Shown here: piece after piece, positions 36,677-47,322 of the stretch
Numbering within the stretch: position 1 is the first letter of the stretch
How the letters are laid out: each line of letters begins with the position of its first letter
DNA from: an uncultured Chloroflexia bacterium
GTDB taxonomy: Bacteria; Chloroflexota; Limnocylindria; Limnocylindrales; CSP1-4
DNA: 64,000 nucleotides
Reading direction: 5' to 3'
NCBI GenBank assembly: GCA_963813535.1
Contig: CAWEZH010000001.1
Span: 32,001-96,000, forward strand
Position numbers and translations under genes: made by a program
Notes under the pieces: model-generated
What the model saw: the letters and a program-made list of their open reading frames with translations, nothing else
What the model was told of the DNA's origin: nothing
Database searches by the model: none

Positions 36677-38741
36677 CTAGGACGCTGGAGGCGCGGCGAG
36701 CTGGTCGATCAGGCGTGCTGCGGTCGTGACCGGCAACGAGCACACGAAGTCGCGACAGACATACGCCGTGGGCATGTCGTCGACGAGCGGCCGATCGTGG
36801 AGCAGGTCGATGGCGGAGGTCGTCGCCGCCGCAGGCGGCGCCGCGGCCATGACCTGGAACGGGCGCCAGGTCGCCCAGATGGGCTCGAGCAATGCTCGGG
36901 TCGAAGCCTCGGACGGATCGCCGACGACGGCCACCTCGACCGAATCGCCCGCCGCGAACGACGCCGCGACCAGCCATTGAGCGAATGCCGTCGGGTACCG
37001 CGTCATGTGCGGTGCGACCGTGCCGATCGCCCGTTCCGCCGCGTCGCGGTAGCGCCCCTCACCCGTCAGCGCGCCCAGGCGCAGCAACACCGTGGCCGCC
37101 ATCGCGCCACCGGACGGGACCGCGTTGTCCTGTGGGTCCTTCGGCCGGGTGATGAGCGTTTCGTGATCGATCGCGGTGTCGAAGAAGCCGCCCTCCGGAT
37201 CGGCGAACCGCTCGAGGATCGCGTCGGCAAGGCCACGAGCGAGCGTGAACCAGCGCTCGTCGAAGGTCGCCTCGTACAGGGCGAGCAGACCCTCCGCCAG
37301 GTGGCTGTAGTCCTCGAGCACACCGGCGCCGACCGCCCGGCCGTCCTTCCACGACCGTCCCAGCACACCGTCCGCATCGAGGAGTCCACCCACGATCGAT
37401 TCCGCTGCCGCCACGGCGGCGGCCGTGTACCGCTCCTCCTCCAGCAATCGACCTGCTTCCGCGAAGGCCGCGATCGCAAGACCGTTCCAGGCGGCCAGCG
37501 CCTTGTCATCGCGCGCCGGCTGGGCACGATGCGATCGCGCCTCCAGCAACGCTTGTACGCGATGCGGCCAAGGCGGCCTCAAGACCCGCCTCACGCTCTG
37601 GTGGCTCCGAGATCGACGGCCATACCCGCGAGAGGATCGTCACGCCCTCCCAATTGCCGGCATCGGTCACGCCGTAGGCGGATGCAAAGCGCTCGTAGGC
37701 CTCGTCGTCGCCCAGGACGTCGCGGATCTCCCCCGCGGTCCAGGTGAACGTCTTGCCCTCGACGCCCTCGGTGTCGGCGTCCTGGCTCGAGGCGAACGCC
37801 CCGTCGTCGCGCCGAAGCTCGCGAAGCATGTAGTCGAGCACGCCGACGGCCACCGATCGATAGCGGTCCGCGGCCTCGCCACTGACGACGTGCGAGGCAT
37901 GGAGGTAGACGCGCGCCAACTGCGCGTTGTCGTAGAGCATCTGCTCGAAGTGCGGCACGAGCCATCGGGAATCCGTGGCATAGCGATGGAACCCGCCACC
38001 GAGCTGGTCGCGGATGCCACCGTCGGCCATCTTGTCGAGCGTGAACCGGACCATCGCGCCCGGGCTGCCGTCACCCGCGGCGAGACGGCGCAACAGGTAC
38101 TCGATCGTCATGGGCTGCGGGAACTTCGGAGCGCCGCCCCACGAACCGTTGCGGGTGTCGTAGTTGGCGTCGAGGGCGTCATTCACGACCCGGAAGAAGC
38201 CCGCATCGATCACCGCCTGCCCCCCCGGCACCGCGACGCGCGCCTGCTCTACGAGGGCCGTGACGAGTCGCTGACCCGCGGCGGTCACCTCGTCGCGTTG
38301 CGTCCCCCACGCCTCGGAGACGCCCTCCAGCACCTGACGGAACGACGGCATGCCGTGGCGAGGCTCGTCCGGGAAGTACGTCCCGCCATAGAAGGGCTGG
38401 CCGTCGGGCGTCAGGAAGACCGACATCGGCCAGCCGCCACTGCCGGTCATCGCCTGGACCGCGCCCATGTAGATCGAGTCGAGGTCGGGCCGCTCCTCGC
38501 GGTCGACTTTGATCGACACGAACCGTTCGTTCAGCAACCCGGCCGTCGCTTCGTCCTCGAACAATTCGCGCTCCATGACATGGCACCAGTGGCAGGCGGC
38601 GTAACCGATCGAGAGGAAGATGGGGCGATCGAGGAGCTTGGCTCGCGCCAGGGCGTCGGGGCCCCACGGCCTCCAATCGACCGGGTTGTTGGCGTGCTGG
38701 AGCAGGTAGGGGCTCGTCTCGCCCGCGAGGAGGTTGGGCAT
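36677..38741 (-). CDS. yyaL: Thioredoxin-domain protein YyaL/SSP411; one frameshift near 37553
   Basis: [54 protein letters not shown]; second frame [20 protein letters not shown]. Removing one A (ACAAGC to ACAGC) rejoins the frames. Confidence 0.88.
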
Positions 38742-38954
38742 CGACCCGATGGTACGCCGGGCTGGTGGAAGACCTCCCGGTGCCCGACAGCACCGCAACT
38801 CGCGGCGAATCCGCGGCCACGGTCTCGATGATCGCCCGGTATGGGCGTTTGGGTATGGTCTCGTGGCCGCCGCTAGACTAGGCTTCGGAGCCTGGCGTGC
38901 CGCGGAAGTGGACCGCCGGTCATAGGGGGTGCCTGTCGTGGAGTACAGGCCGTC

Positions 38955-40754
38955 GTGAGACGGATGATCGTCGGACTTCTTATCGCCATGCTCGGCGTCG
39001 GTATCGCCGGCCCGGTCGGGGCCGCTGCTGCGCCGGTCGCGACGGGTGTCCCCAAGGTCGTCCTCATCGTGGGACCCGCCGGCGCGGCGACCGATCGATA
39101 CCGTGCCGAAGCCCGCGATGCCGCGGCGCTGGCCCGCAAGTTCACGCCCGACGTCACCGAGATCTACTCACCTGACGCCACGTGGCCGGCGGTAAAAGAG
39201 GCCATCCAGGGCGCGAGCGTCGTCGTGTACATGGGACACGGCAACGGCTGGCCGAGCCGGTACCGCAACGAGCTCTATCCGCCGTCCCAGAACGGTTTCG
39301 GGTTGAACCCGTCGGCCGGTGGCGGCGACGGCACCCATCAGTACTTCGGGGAGGCTCGGATCGCGGAGAGCATCCGCCTCGCGCCGAACGCCGTCGTCCT
39401 GCTCAACCACCTGTGCTACGCGTCCGGCAACACCGAGCCCGGGCTGCCCGAAGGCACGCTCGCGATGGCCAGACAGCGGGTCGACAACTTCGCTGCCGGG
39501 TTCGTCGCCGCCGGAGCGGCAGCCGTGGTCGCGGAGGCGCACGACAGTCCCGACTACATGCTCAAGGCCGTGCTGGCAGGACGAAGCGGGATCGAGTCCG
39601 CCTGGCGACGCGCACCGAAGGCCAATGGCAACCGTTTCGCCTTCGAGAGCGCGCGAAGCCCCGGCTACGTCGCCCAGATGGACCCGGACAATGCCTCGTC
39701 CGGCTTCACTCGGTCGATCGTCCTCAAGAAGGGCCTCGCCTCCAAGGACGTCCTGCGGCATGCCCGCGGTCGCGCGCACGGCGCCGAGGCAGTGCCCGAT
39801 CCCGCGACCCTCGTGCCGAGCCTGGTCGGCACGGGTCTGTCGATGAAGACCCCCAGCCTTCGATCGACGCTTGCCGGGCAGCGGCTCTGGTACCGGATCC
39901 CGTATCGCGTGGCCGATCGCGATCGACTGCCGGATGGGCTGCAGGCGAGCGTCCGCTGGGACCCGCTCGACCCACCGGCGACCGATCCGTCGACACCGGC
40001 CGACCCCGAGACGCCACCCGACTTCGGGCTGATCACGCCGGAGCGGATCGGCGATGTCGTCGCTCCGACGGCCCTTAAGGTCGATACCAAGAACCTGTCG
40101 ATCCGGGTCTCGGCGCCCGCGGCACCCGGGCGCTACCGGTTGACCATCACGCTCCACGACAAGGACGGCGTGGCGTACGACCCGGCCTCGCAGGCCGAGA
40201 TCGCCTCGTTGATCGTCCGCCTCACCGGACCCCACGACGCAGCGGTGTCCGCGCCGACCGGCCTGACGCTGGAGCCCGGTGCATCGCACGCCGTGTCGCT
40301 GTGGGTGACCAACCTCGGCCACACCGCGTGGGGCCAGAAGGCGATCCCCGGCACGAAGGGCGTGGGCAACCGCAAGCCCGTCGGCTCGTCGCCCGCGACC
40401 CACGCGCGCATCGTCGGGACGTGGGTGGCGCTCGGCGTCGACGACCCGGCGCAGCTCGACGCCGCGGCGGCAGCGTCGATCACGCCGGCGGAGCTACCGG
40501 CCGCCTTCACACCACGGGCCGTCACGAAGACCGACCTCCTGCTGTTCGCACCGAGCACGGCCGGCGAGTACCTGCTGGTCATCGACATCGTGACGCCGGA
40601 GGTCGGCTCACTGGCGGCACATGACGTCGAGCCGACGATCGTCCGAGTCCATGTCGCCGAACCCGCGCCCGCCGCGACCGCGTCGCCTGCCGCGCCCGCC
40701 GCGACAACGGCGCCGGTCGCGACAGTGACGCCCGAGGCACCGGCAACCGAGTAG
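38955..40754 (+). CDS. Secreted protein with putative clan CD (gingipain/caspase-like) His-Cys domain and beta-sandwich C-terminus
   Basis: Signal peptide; VVVYMGHG and [12 protein letters not shown]; C-terminal Ig-like strands ([20 protein letters not shown]); Ala/Pro/Thr tail. Confidence 0.55.
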   Translation: MRRMIVGLLIAMLGVGIAGPVGAAAAPVATGVPKVVLIVGPAGAATDRYRAEARDAAALARKFTPDVTEIYSPDATWPAVKEAIQGASVVVYMGHGNGWPSRYRNELYPPSQNGFGLNPSAGGGDGTHQYFGEARIAESIRLAPNAVVLLNHLCYASGNTEPGLPEGTLAMARQRVDNFAAGFVAAGAAAVVAEAHDSPDYMLKAVLAGRSGIESAWRRAPKANGNRFAFESARSPGYVAQMDPDNASSGFTRSIVLKKGLASKDVLRHARGRAHGAEAVPDPATLVPSLVGTGLSMKTPSLRSTLAGQRLWYRIPYRVADRDRLPDGLQASVRWDPLDPPATDPSTPADPETPPDFGLITPERIGDVVAPTALKVDTKNLSIRVSAPAAPGRYRLTITLHDKDGVAYDPASQAEIASLIVRLTGPHDAAVSAPTGLTLEPGASHAVSLWVTNLGHTAWGQKAIPGTKGVGNRKPVGSSPATHARIVGTWVALGVDDPAQLDAAAAASITPAELPAAFTPRAVTKTDLLLFAPSTAGEYLLVIDIVTPEVGSLAAHDVEPTIVRVHVAEPAPAATASPAAPAATTAPVATVTPEAPATE

Positions 40755-40843
40755 GCGGTCGGACGGACCGGACCATCCTCCCCGCTCCCGGAACGTCTTC
40801 GTCAGTCACGCGCAGGCCCTGCCGTCATACCATCGACGGCGAG

Positions 40844-41467
40844 ATGGTCGAAGCCAACGCCGTCACCGGCTTCCTGCCCTCGGTCCACGGGTTGCATTTC
40901 CAGAACCGGTACCCGTCCGGGCCGACGCTCCGCCTCGGGGTCATCGATCCCCGCTGGGTCGGCGTCGGCGACGCCGACGCGGGGCTGTGCGGTGGGATGA
41001 GCTGGTTCGTCCGTGAGTGGTTCGAGACCGGTCGGTCGGTGCCACCCGACACGGGCCCGCCGGAGAACGGCTCCCCGCTGTTCAAGGCCATCGTCCGCCG
41101 CCAGGTCCTGTCGCTCGACTGGATGCGCGGCCCGTTGCGCTTCTGGCTATCGGCCGGCTCATCGCCCGAGCGACTCCGCCAGCGGAGCCTGCAGGTCGAG
41201 TGGCCACGAATCCGCGCGGCGATCGATGACGGCCGACTGCCGATGGTCGGCCTGATCCGCCACCACGGCTGGAACCCGTTCGACCTGACCAGGGATCACC
41301 AGGTCCTGGCATTCGGGTACGAGACGTCCGGTCCGGCCGGCCCGACGACGATCCGCCTCTACGACCCGAACTGGCCGAACCGCGACGACGTGTCGATCAC
41401 GCTGCTCGGTGGCGGCTTCTTCCAGTCGACCGGTGAGCAGCTCTTCGGAGTGATCTCGCTGGCCTGA
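40844..41467 (+). CDS. Hypothetical protein with papain-like Cys-His-Asp pattern
   Basis: GLCGGMS...DHQVLAFGY...RLYDPNWP. Confidence 0.6.
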   Translation: MVEANAVTGFLPSVHGLHFQNRYPSGPTLRLGVIDPRWVGVGDADAGLCGGMSWFVREWFETGRSVPPDTGPPENGSPLFKAIVRRQVLSLDWMRGPLRFWLSAGSSPERLRQRSLQVEWPRIRAAIDDGRLPMVGLIRHHGWNPFDLTRDHQVLAFGYETSGPAGPTTIRLYDPNWPNRDDVSITLLGGGFFQSTGEQLFGVISLA

Positions 41468-41518
41468 GGCTTGGGACGCACCCCCTCGATGGCCGCTGTC
41501 GCGCGCATCGCACCTTCG

Positions 41519-41569
41519 TTGACTTCAGCCTGCGACGCCGTATCCTAAAGTCATCAGACGACTGACGAC
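41519..41569 (+). promoter_or_regulatory. sigma70-type promoter with downstream palindromic operator
   Basis: TTGACT(41519)-N16-TATCCT(41541), then GTCATCAG-acga-CTGACGAC (41550-41569; 7/8 inverted repeat) over the expected start site. Plausible site for the operon's GntR. Confidence 0.6.
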
Positions 41570-41607
41570 CCGCTGACGCGCGGGTCCGGCGGAGGACTCG
41601 CGGATCG

Positions 41608-43098
41608 GTGTACGCCATCGGTTGTGATATCGGGTCGCAGAGCCTCAAGGGCACCCTGCTCGATCCTTCCGGCGCGGCGATCGCCCAGGCAGCGGCGTCC
41701 TACGACGTCGAGTACCCCCATCCCGGCTGGGCGCAGCAGGACGTGCGCGACTGGCGCGTGGCGCTGGCGAGCGTCGTCGGTGACCTCCTCAGCACGGCAC
41801 GCGTCGCGCCGGCAGACGTCGCCACCCTCGGGCTGGCCTCGCAGGTCGATGGTCTCGTCGCCGTCGACGCCGACGCCGAGGCGCTGCACCCGGCCATCAT
41901 CTGGCTCGATCGGCGTGCCACATCGCAAACCGATCGGATCGATGGCGTCCAGCCCGCCGACATCCGCCGCATCACCGGCCTGAACCTCGACGCCTCCCAC
42001 GTCGCACCAAAGATCCTGTGGCTCCGGGAACAGTGCCCGGATGTCTTCGAGCGCGCTGCCGGCCTCCTCCTCCCCGGCAGCGCGCTCGTCGCATGGCTGA
42101 CCGGCGAACGCGTGCTCGACCATGCGAATGCCTCGTCGACGCTCCTCTACGACGTGACGACGCAGGCCTGGTCGCCGCGGATGCTCGATGCGACGTCGCT
42201 CGATGCGGAGCGGCTCGGATCGATCGAGGCCGCCGCCACCGTGGTCGGGGCGATCCGACCGGGACAGGCGGCGGCCATCGGCCTGACGCCGTCGACGCGG
42301 GTCGTGGTCGGGACGGGCGACGAGCATGGCGCCAGCCTCGGGGCCGGCGGGATCCGGCCCGGCATCGTGATCGATATCACGGGCACGGCCGAACCCGTCG
42401 CGGTGGCGGCCACCACGCCGGTCATCGACGAGACCGGGCTGGTCGAGACGCACGGGCACGCCGACCCACGTGTGTGGCTGGTCGAGAACCCGGGGTTCGT
42501 GTCGGGCGGCAGCGTGCGCTGGTTCCAGGACCTGTACGGGCGCGGGACCACCGTCGCGGAGTTGGATGGCGAGGCGATCAGCGCGACCAAGCCCGGATCG
42601 GATGGCGTCACATTCCTGCCGACGCTCTCCGGCGCGACCGCCCCACGCTGGAACGACCGGGCGCGCGGCGTCTTCGCCGGCCTGTCCCTCAACCACGGTC
42701 GTGCCCACCTGTACCGGTCCGTGCTCGAAGGCTGCACGTTCGCCCTGCGCGACATCGTCGATCGGCTCGACGCGATGGGTCTCGGCGCCGACGAGATCCG
42801 CGTCGTCGGCGGCGGGGCGCGCAGCCGTCTCTGGCTCCAGATGAAGGCCGACGTCACCGGTCGAACCGTGCGCGTGCTCACGACCGACGAGTCGACGGCG
42901 CAGGGCGCCGCGATGCTGGCCGGCGTCGGCGCCGGGACGTTCAGGGACCTCGACGACGCGGTCGAGCGGCTGACGACACTGGCTCCGACCGCCTACGTGC
43001 CGGATCGCAGCACCACCGGGGCGTACGACGACGCGTACGGCCGGTATCGCGACCTGTTCGATGCGGTCGAGCCGGGCTTTTCGCGGTCGCCGGCATGA
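41608..43098 (+). CDS. FGGY-family carbohydrate kinase (xylulokinase-like)
   Basis: IGCDIGSQSLK, IIWLDRRA, PKILWL, GTGDE, TGT, SVLEG, VGGGARS.LW.Q..AD. Confidence 0.92.
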   Translation: MYAIGCDIGSQSLKGTLLDPSGAAIAQAAASYDVEYPHPGWAQQDVRDWRVALASVVGDLLSTARVAPADVATLGLASQVDGLVAVDADAEALHPAIIWLDRRATSQTDRIDGVQPADIRRITGLNLDASHVAPKILWLREQCPDVFERAAGLLLPGSALVAWLTGERVLDHANASSTLLYDVTTQAWSPRMLDATSLDAERLGSIEAAATVVGAIRPGQAAAIGLTPSTRVVVGTGDEHGASLGAGGIRPGIVIDITGTAEPVAVAATTPVIDETGLVETHGHADPRVWLVENPGFVSGGSVRWFQDLYGRGTTVAELDGEAISATKPGSDGVTFLPTLSGATAPRWNDRARGVFAGLSLNHGRAHLYRSVLEGCTFALRDIVDRLDAMGLGADEIRVVGGGARSRLWLQMKADVTGRTVRVLTTDESTAQGAAMLAGVGAGTFRDLDDAVERLTTLAPTAYVPDRSTTGAYDDAYGRYRDLFDAVEPGFSRSPA

Positions 43099-44519
43099 CG
43101 GATCGCGTCGTGCTGCCCGATCCCGCGGACCTCGATGACCTGCGTGGGCGCCTCGACGGCGACCGACACCGGCCGATCGGCATCCGCCGGATCCGCCTCG
43201 GTCGGGGCGCGCTCGATCGGCTTCCCGACGACGTCGCGGAGGTGTGCCGCGCCGGAGATGTCCTGCTGGTCATGGACCGCACGCCGATGCGTCGACGTGG
43301 CGAGGACCTCAAGGCGAGCGTCGTGGCCGCGCTCTCGGAGCGATTCCCGACCCGGATCGCCGTCCTGGGCAAACCGGGTGGGGAGCTCCACGCGGACGAA
43401 ACCGCAAGCGCCGAGCTCGACATGCACGTGCCGGGTGCCGGCTGCATCGTGGCGGTCGGCTCGGGGACGATCACCGACCTCGCGAAGGACGCCTCGATGC
43501 GGGCCGGCGACATCCCGTTCGTCGTCGTCCAGACCGCTGCGTCGGTCAACGCGTTCTCCGACGACATGGCCGTCCTCTTGCGGGACGGGGTCAAGCGGAC
43601 CGTCCCCTCCCGCTGGCCGGACATCGTCATCGCCGACGTCGATGTCCTCGCCTCGACCCCGCACGCGATGCACCTGGCGGGGTTCGGCGAGCTGTGCTCG
43701 ATGTTCACGGCACCGGCCGACTGGTATCTGGCGCATGCCACGGGCATGGACGACGCCTTCGATGCCGACGTCGTCGCCCTGTTCCGCGACGGCGCCGACG
43801 ACCTGCTCCGGGCAGCCCCCCGGATGCGCACGATCGACGACGATCCGGAGCTGCTCGAGGAGCTGGCCGGCCGGATGGCGCTGACCGGGATCGCGATGGG
43901 TGTGTCGGGTCGGACCGCGCCGTTGTCCGGCACCGAGCACCTCCTCAGCCACCTGATCGACATGGAGGCCGCGGCGGCGGGACGCGCGAGCGCGTTCCAC
44001 GGAGCGCAGGTCGGCGTGGCCAGTGTCCTCGCGGCGACGCTGTGGCACGACACGCTCGACCGGTTCGATCCCAAGCGCCTGGAACATGACGTCATCGCGT
44101 CTGACCGCGCCGACGTCGAACGGCGCGTCCGAGAGGCGTTCGATCCGATCGATCCGAGCGGCCGGATGGCGGACGAATGCTGGCGCGACGTCCAGCGCAA
44201 GCTCGATCGCTGGCAGTCGAGGCGCCACGACGTCGGACGGTTCATCGCCGATTGGGACCGACATCGCACCGCCCTCCGGGCGCTGGTCGCACCGCCGGAT
44301 CGGCTGCGCACGGCGTTGGTCGATGCGGGTGCGGCGGCCACGGTCGCCGAGCTCGATCCTCCGGCCACTGCGGCGATCGTGCGCTGGGCCCTTCGCGCGC
44401 TCCCGCTGATGCGCGATCGCTTCACGGTCGCCGACCTGCGCTTCCTCGCCGATGACTGGGACGCGGCGACGGTCGACTACCTGCTCGATCGATCGGGCAT
44501 CCTTGGGGGCGCCCGATGA
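43095..44519 (+). CDS. sn-glycerol-1-phosphate dehydrogenase family (AraM/EgsA-like)
   Basis: VGSGTITDLAK, TAASVNAF, AGFGE, SGTEHLLSH, HGAQVG (dehydroquinate synthase-like fold with metal His residues). ATG overlaps the kinase stop. Confidence 0.82.
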   Translation: MTDRVVLPDPADLDDLRGRLDGDRHRPIGIRRIRLGRGALDRLPDDVAEVCRAGDVLLVMDRTPMRRRGEDLKASVVAALSERFPTRIAVLGKPGGELHADETASAELDMHVPGAGCIVAVGSGTITDLAKDASMRAGDIPFVVVQTAASVNAFSDDMAVLLRDGVKRTVPSRWPDIVIADVDVLASTPHAMHLAGFGELCSMFTAPADWYLAHATGMDDAFDADVVALFRDGADDLLRAAPRMRTIDDDPELLEELAGRMALTGIAMGVSGRTAPLSGTEHLLSHLIDMEAAAAGRASAFHGAQVGVASVLAATLWHDTLDRFDPKRLEHDVIASDRADVERRVREAFDPIDPSGRMADECWRDVQRKLDRWQSRRHDVGRFIADWDRHRTALRALVAPPDRLRTALVDAGAAATVAELDPPATAAIVRWALRALPLMRDRFTVADLRFLADDWDAATVDYLLDRSGILGGAR

Positions 44520-45337
44520 CCTCGCGGCGGCCCACGCGGATGTTCGGCGGCTACGTCTTCGACCTCGACGGGACGCTGTATCTCGGCGACGGCCTCCTCC
44601 CCGGAGCCGCCGAGACCCTCGCCGCGATCCGCGACCACGGTTCGCGCGTGGCGTTCCTGACGAACAAGCCGCTCGACGCGCCCGCGACGTACGCCGCGAA
44701 GCTGTCGGACCTCGGCATCCCGGCCGAGGCGAGCGAGGTCGTGACCTCGACCGACGCGCTGCTCCGGTACCTGGAGGCGCACGCCCCTGGGTCCACGGTC
44801 CTGCCGATCGCCGAGCCGCTGGTCGTCGAGCTGCTGCGCACGGCCGGGTTCACCATCTGCGACCCCGAGCGCCCCGAGGCTGCCGACGTGGTCGTCGTGT
44901 CGTGGGACCGCACCTTCGACTACGAGAAGCTCGTCGCGGCCTTCCGCGCGGTCCGGGCGGGCGCTCGGATCGTGGCCACCAACCCCGACCCGTTCTGCCC
45001 GACGCCCGACGGGGATCTGCCCGACTGCGCGGCGATGCTCGCCGCCATCGAGGCATCGACGGGCGCCACGGCCGAGGCCATCGTCGGCAAGCCGTCCCGG
45101 CACATGGCCGAGACCCTGCTCGCCCGGATCGCGCTGCCGCCGTCGGACACCGTCCTGGTCGGCGATCGTCTCAGCACCGACATCCGGATGGCGCACGAGG
45201 CCGGGATGGCGTCGGCGCTGGTGCTCAGCGGGGTGACCCAGCCGGCCGCCCTCGCGGAGGCGGCGTTCACGCCCGATTTCGTCCTGGCCGGCGTCGCCGA
45301 GATCCTGCCCCGCGACCGACTCGAGGAGGTGTCGTGA
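44516..45337 (+). CDS. HAD subfamily IIA phosphatase (NagD/AraL-like)
   Basis: FDLDGTLY, LTN, ATNPD, VGKPS, VGDRLSTDI, LVLSG. Confidence 0.92.
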   Translation: MTSRRPTRMFGGYVFDLDGTLYLGDGLLPGAAETLAAIRDHGSRVAFLTNKPLDAPATYAAKLSDLGIPAEASEVVTSTDALLRYLEAHAPGSTVLPIAEPLVVELLRTAGFTICDPERPEAADVVVVSWDRTFDYEKLVAAFRAVRAGARIVATNPDPFCPTPDGDLPDCAAMLAAIEASTGATAEAIVGKPSRHMAETLLARIALPPSDTVLVGDRLSTDIRMAHEAGMASALVLSGVTQPAALAEAAFTPDFVLAGVAEILPRDRLEEVS

Positions 45338-46056
45338 TCGAGTTCATCTTCATGCTGACCCGCGACGATCAGACCGTGCCCGACGCGCTCGAGGTGTACG
45401 GGACCCTGCGCGACACCGACCTGCGCTATGTCGGCTTCAAGGACATCGGTCTGCCGCCCGCCCAGCTGCGCGAGCTGGCACGAGCGATGCGCAGCGACGG
45501 CCGCGAGGTCTTCCTCGAGGTCGTGTCGGAACGCGCCGAGGATGAGCTCCGCTCGGTCCAGGCCGCTCTGGACATCGGCGTCGATTGGCTGATGGGCGGC
45601 ACGCACCCGGACGAAGCGCTCGCCATCCTCGACACGGTCGGGCCGCCGGGCACCCCCGGTCGACCGCGCTACTGCCCGTTCCCGGGGCGGGTCGTCGGCC
45701 ACCCGAGCATCCTCGAGGGGACGCTCGACGAGATCGCCGAGAGCGCCCGGGAGCTGACCGCACGACCGGGCGTCGACGGCCTCGATCTGCTGGCCTATCG
45801 CTGGAAGGGCGACGTCCCGGCACTCGTCCGCGCCGTCGTCGATGCGGCATCGGGTCCCGTCGTCGCCGCCGGCAGCGTCGACTCGGCCGAGCGGATCGAT
45901 GCGCTGGCAGGGGCTGGCGCCTGGGCCTTCACGATCGGCGGCGCCATCTTCGATCGCCGGCTGCCGGCCGGCGACAGCATCCGCGAACAAGTCGAGTGCG
46001 CCCTCGCCATGTCGGCGGCGGCCGCTGGAAGGGAGGTGGTCGCAGACGGTGCCTGA
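45334..46056 (+). CDS. Uncharacterised TIM-barrel protein with probable phosphate-binding site
   Basis: GAGGAGG RBS, GTGA overlap; alternating beta/alpha pattern, VGFKD, LEVV, C-terminal VVAAGSV...FTIGGAIF. Confidence 0.7.
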   Translation: MIEFIFMLTRDDQTVPDALEVYGTLRDTDLRYVGFKDIGLPPAQLRELARAMRSDGREVFLEVVSERAEDELRSVQAALDIGVDWLMGGTHPDEALAILDTVGPPGTPGRPRYCPFPGRVVGHPSILEGTLDEIAESARELTARPGVDGLDLLAYRWKGDVPALVRAVVDAASGPVVAAGSVDSAERIDALAGAGAWAFTIGGAIFDRRLPAGDSIREQVECALAMSAAAAGREVVADGA

Positions 46057-46102
46057 CCTACCGACCAGAGCGACCAGCGGCCATCATCACGGAGGAGGAG
46101 AG

Positions 46103-47311
46103 ATGTCGAAGAGACCAACGACCACCCGACCGCGCGACCCGGCCGAGATCTCCGCGCTCGCCATCGAGCGGCGAATGACCCGGCGACGGTTCCTCGTCGG
46201 TTCGGGCATGGGCATCGGTGCCATCGCCCTGGTCGGTTGCGCGCCACCGGCCGCGTCGGCCCCGCCGAGCGCAGCCGGCCCGAGCGCACCGGCCGCCAGC
46301 GGCGATGCAAGCCCGTCCGCGTCGGCTGCCCTGGGTGACACGCTGACGCTCGCCACGTGGCCGAACTACCACGACCAGGGCGTCCTGGACGAATTCACCG
46401 CCTCGACGGGCGTGGCCATCAACGTCCAGGTCTACGGCTCGACCGAGGAGATGGAGGCCAAGATCCGGGCCGGCAACTCGGGCATCGACGTCGTCGTGCC
46501 GTCGAACTACGCCATCGAGGGCTGGGTCGCGGACAGCCTCATCGAGCCACTCGATTACGCGAAGCTGCCCGACTTCGTGAAGGAGGACTGGAACCCACTC
46601 TTCATGGACCAGGCCTTCGACAAGGGCAACGCCGTCTCCATCCCGAAGAACTGGGGCACGACCGGCATCGCGTTCTGGAGCTCGAAGGTCAGCCCCGACG
46701 TGACGAGCTGGAAGCAGTTCTTCGATGTCGCCGGCACGACCTACAAGGGCAAGACGCTCATCGTCGACCACCAGATCAGCTCGTTCGGCTCGGCGGCGGT
46801 GGCGATGGGCTATTCCCTCAACACCATCGACCCGACCGAGATGGCCGCGGTCGAGGCGATGCTCATCGCGCTCAAGCCAAACCTGTTCGCGATCTCGTCG
46901 GACGTGCAGCCGCCGCTGCGCGCGCAGGACACGTGGCTATCGGTCGCGTGGACCGGCGACGGTGTCCAGGTCAGTCGCGACAACGCCGAGGCCAAGTACC
47001 TCGTCGCCACCGATGGCGGCGAGCTCTGGATCGACAGCTTTACGGTCGCCGCGGATGCCCCGCATCGCGACGCGGCCTACGCGTTCCTCAACTACATCAC
47101 CCAGCCAGAGCAGGCCGCGCGCGAGACGGAGTTCTGCCTCTTCCCGCACGCCAACGACAAGGCCACGGCGCTCGTCTCCGACGAGGTCAAGAACAACCCG
47201 GTGATCTATCCGTCCCCGGACTCGCTGGCGAAGCTCGAGTACGCGGTCAACGCCACGTACAACAGCCCCGAGCGGGCCGAGGCCTGGGCCCGCATCAAGG
47301 CGTCTGCCTGA
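46103..47311 (+). CDS. PotD/PotF-like ABC substrate-binding protein, Tat-exported lipoprotein
   Basis: GGAGGAG RBS; TRRRFL twin-arginine motif, LVGC lipobox; W.NY, DVVVPSNY, WGTTGI, AWTGD, LWID. Confidence 0.88.
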   Translation: MSKRPTTTRPRDPAEISALAIERRMTRRRFLVGSGMGIGAIALVGCAPPAASAPPSAAGPSAPAASGDASPSASAALGDTLTLATWPNYHDQGVLDEFTASTGVAINVQVYGSTEEMEAKIRAGNSGIDVVVPSNYAIEGWVADSLIEPLDYAKLPDFVKEDWNPLFMDQAFDKGNAVSIPKNWGTTGIAFWSSKVSPDVTSWKQFFDVAGTTYKGKTLIVDHQISSFGSAAVAMGYSLNTIDPTEMAAVEAMLIALKPNLFAISSDVQPPLRAQDTWLSVAWTGDGVQVSRDNAEAKYLVATDGGELWIDSFTVAADAPHRDAAYAFLNYITQPEQAARETEFCLFPHANDKATALVSDEVKNNPVIYPSPDSLAKLEYAVNATYNSPERAEAWARIKASA

Positions 47312-47322
47312 GGCGCTGACGG

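Noticed and set aside
42018-44519. 833-aa fusion ORF; similarly 44452..46056, 48188..49867 and 49570..51387
   Set aside because: Upstream extensions overlap neighbouring genes in another frame; true starts with RBS or stop-start overlaps lie downstream.
43095-46056. Archaeal-type ether lipid synthesis (G1PDH + GGGP synthase)
   Set aside because: No prenyltransferase genes nearby, the TIM barrel lacks recognisable PcrB/GGGPS motifs, and the context is catabolic; kept only as a minor alternative.
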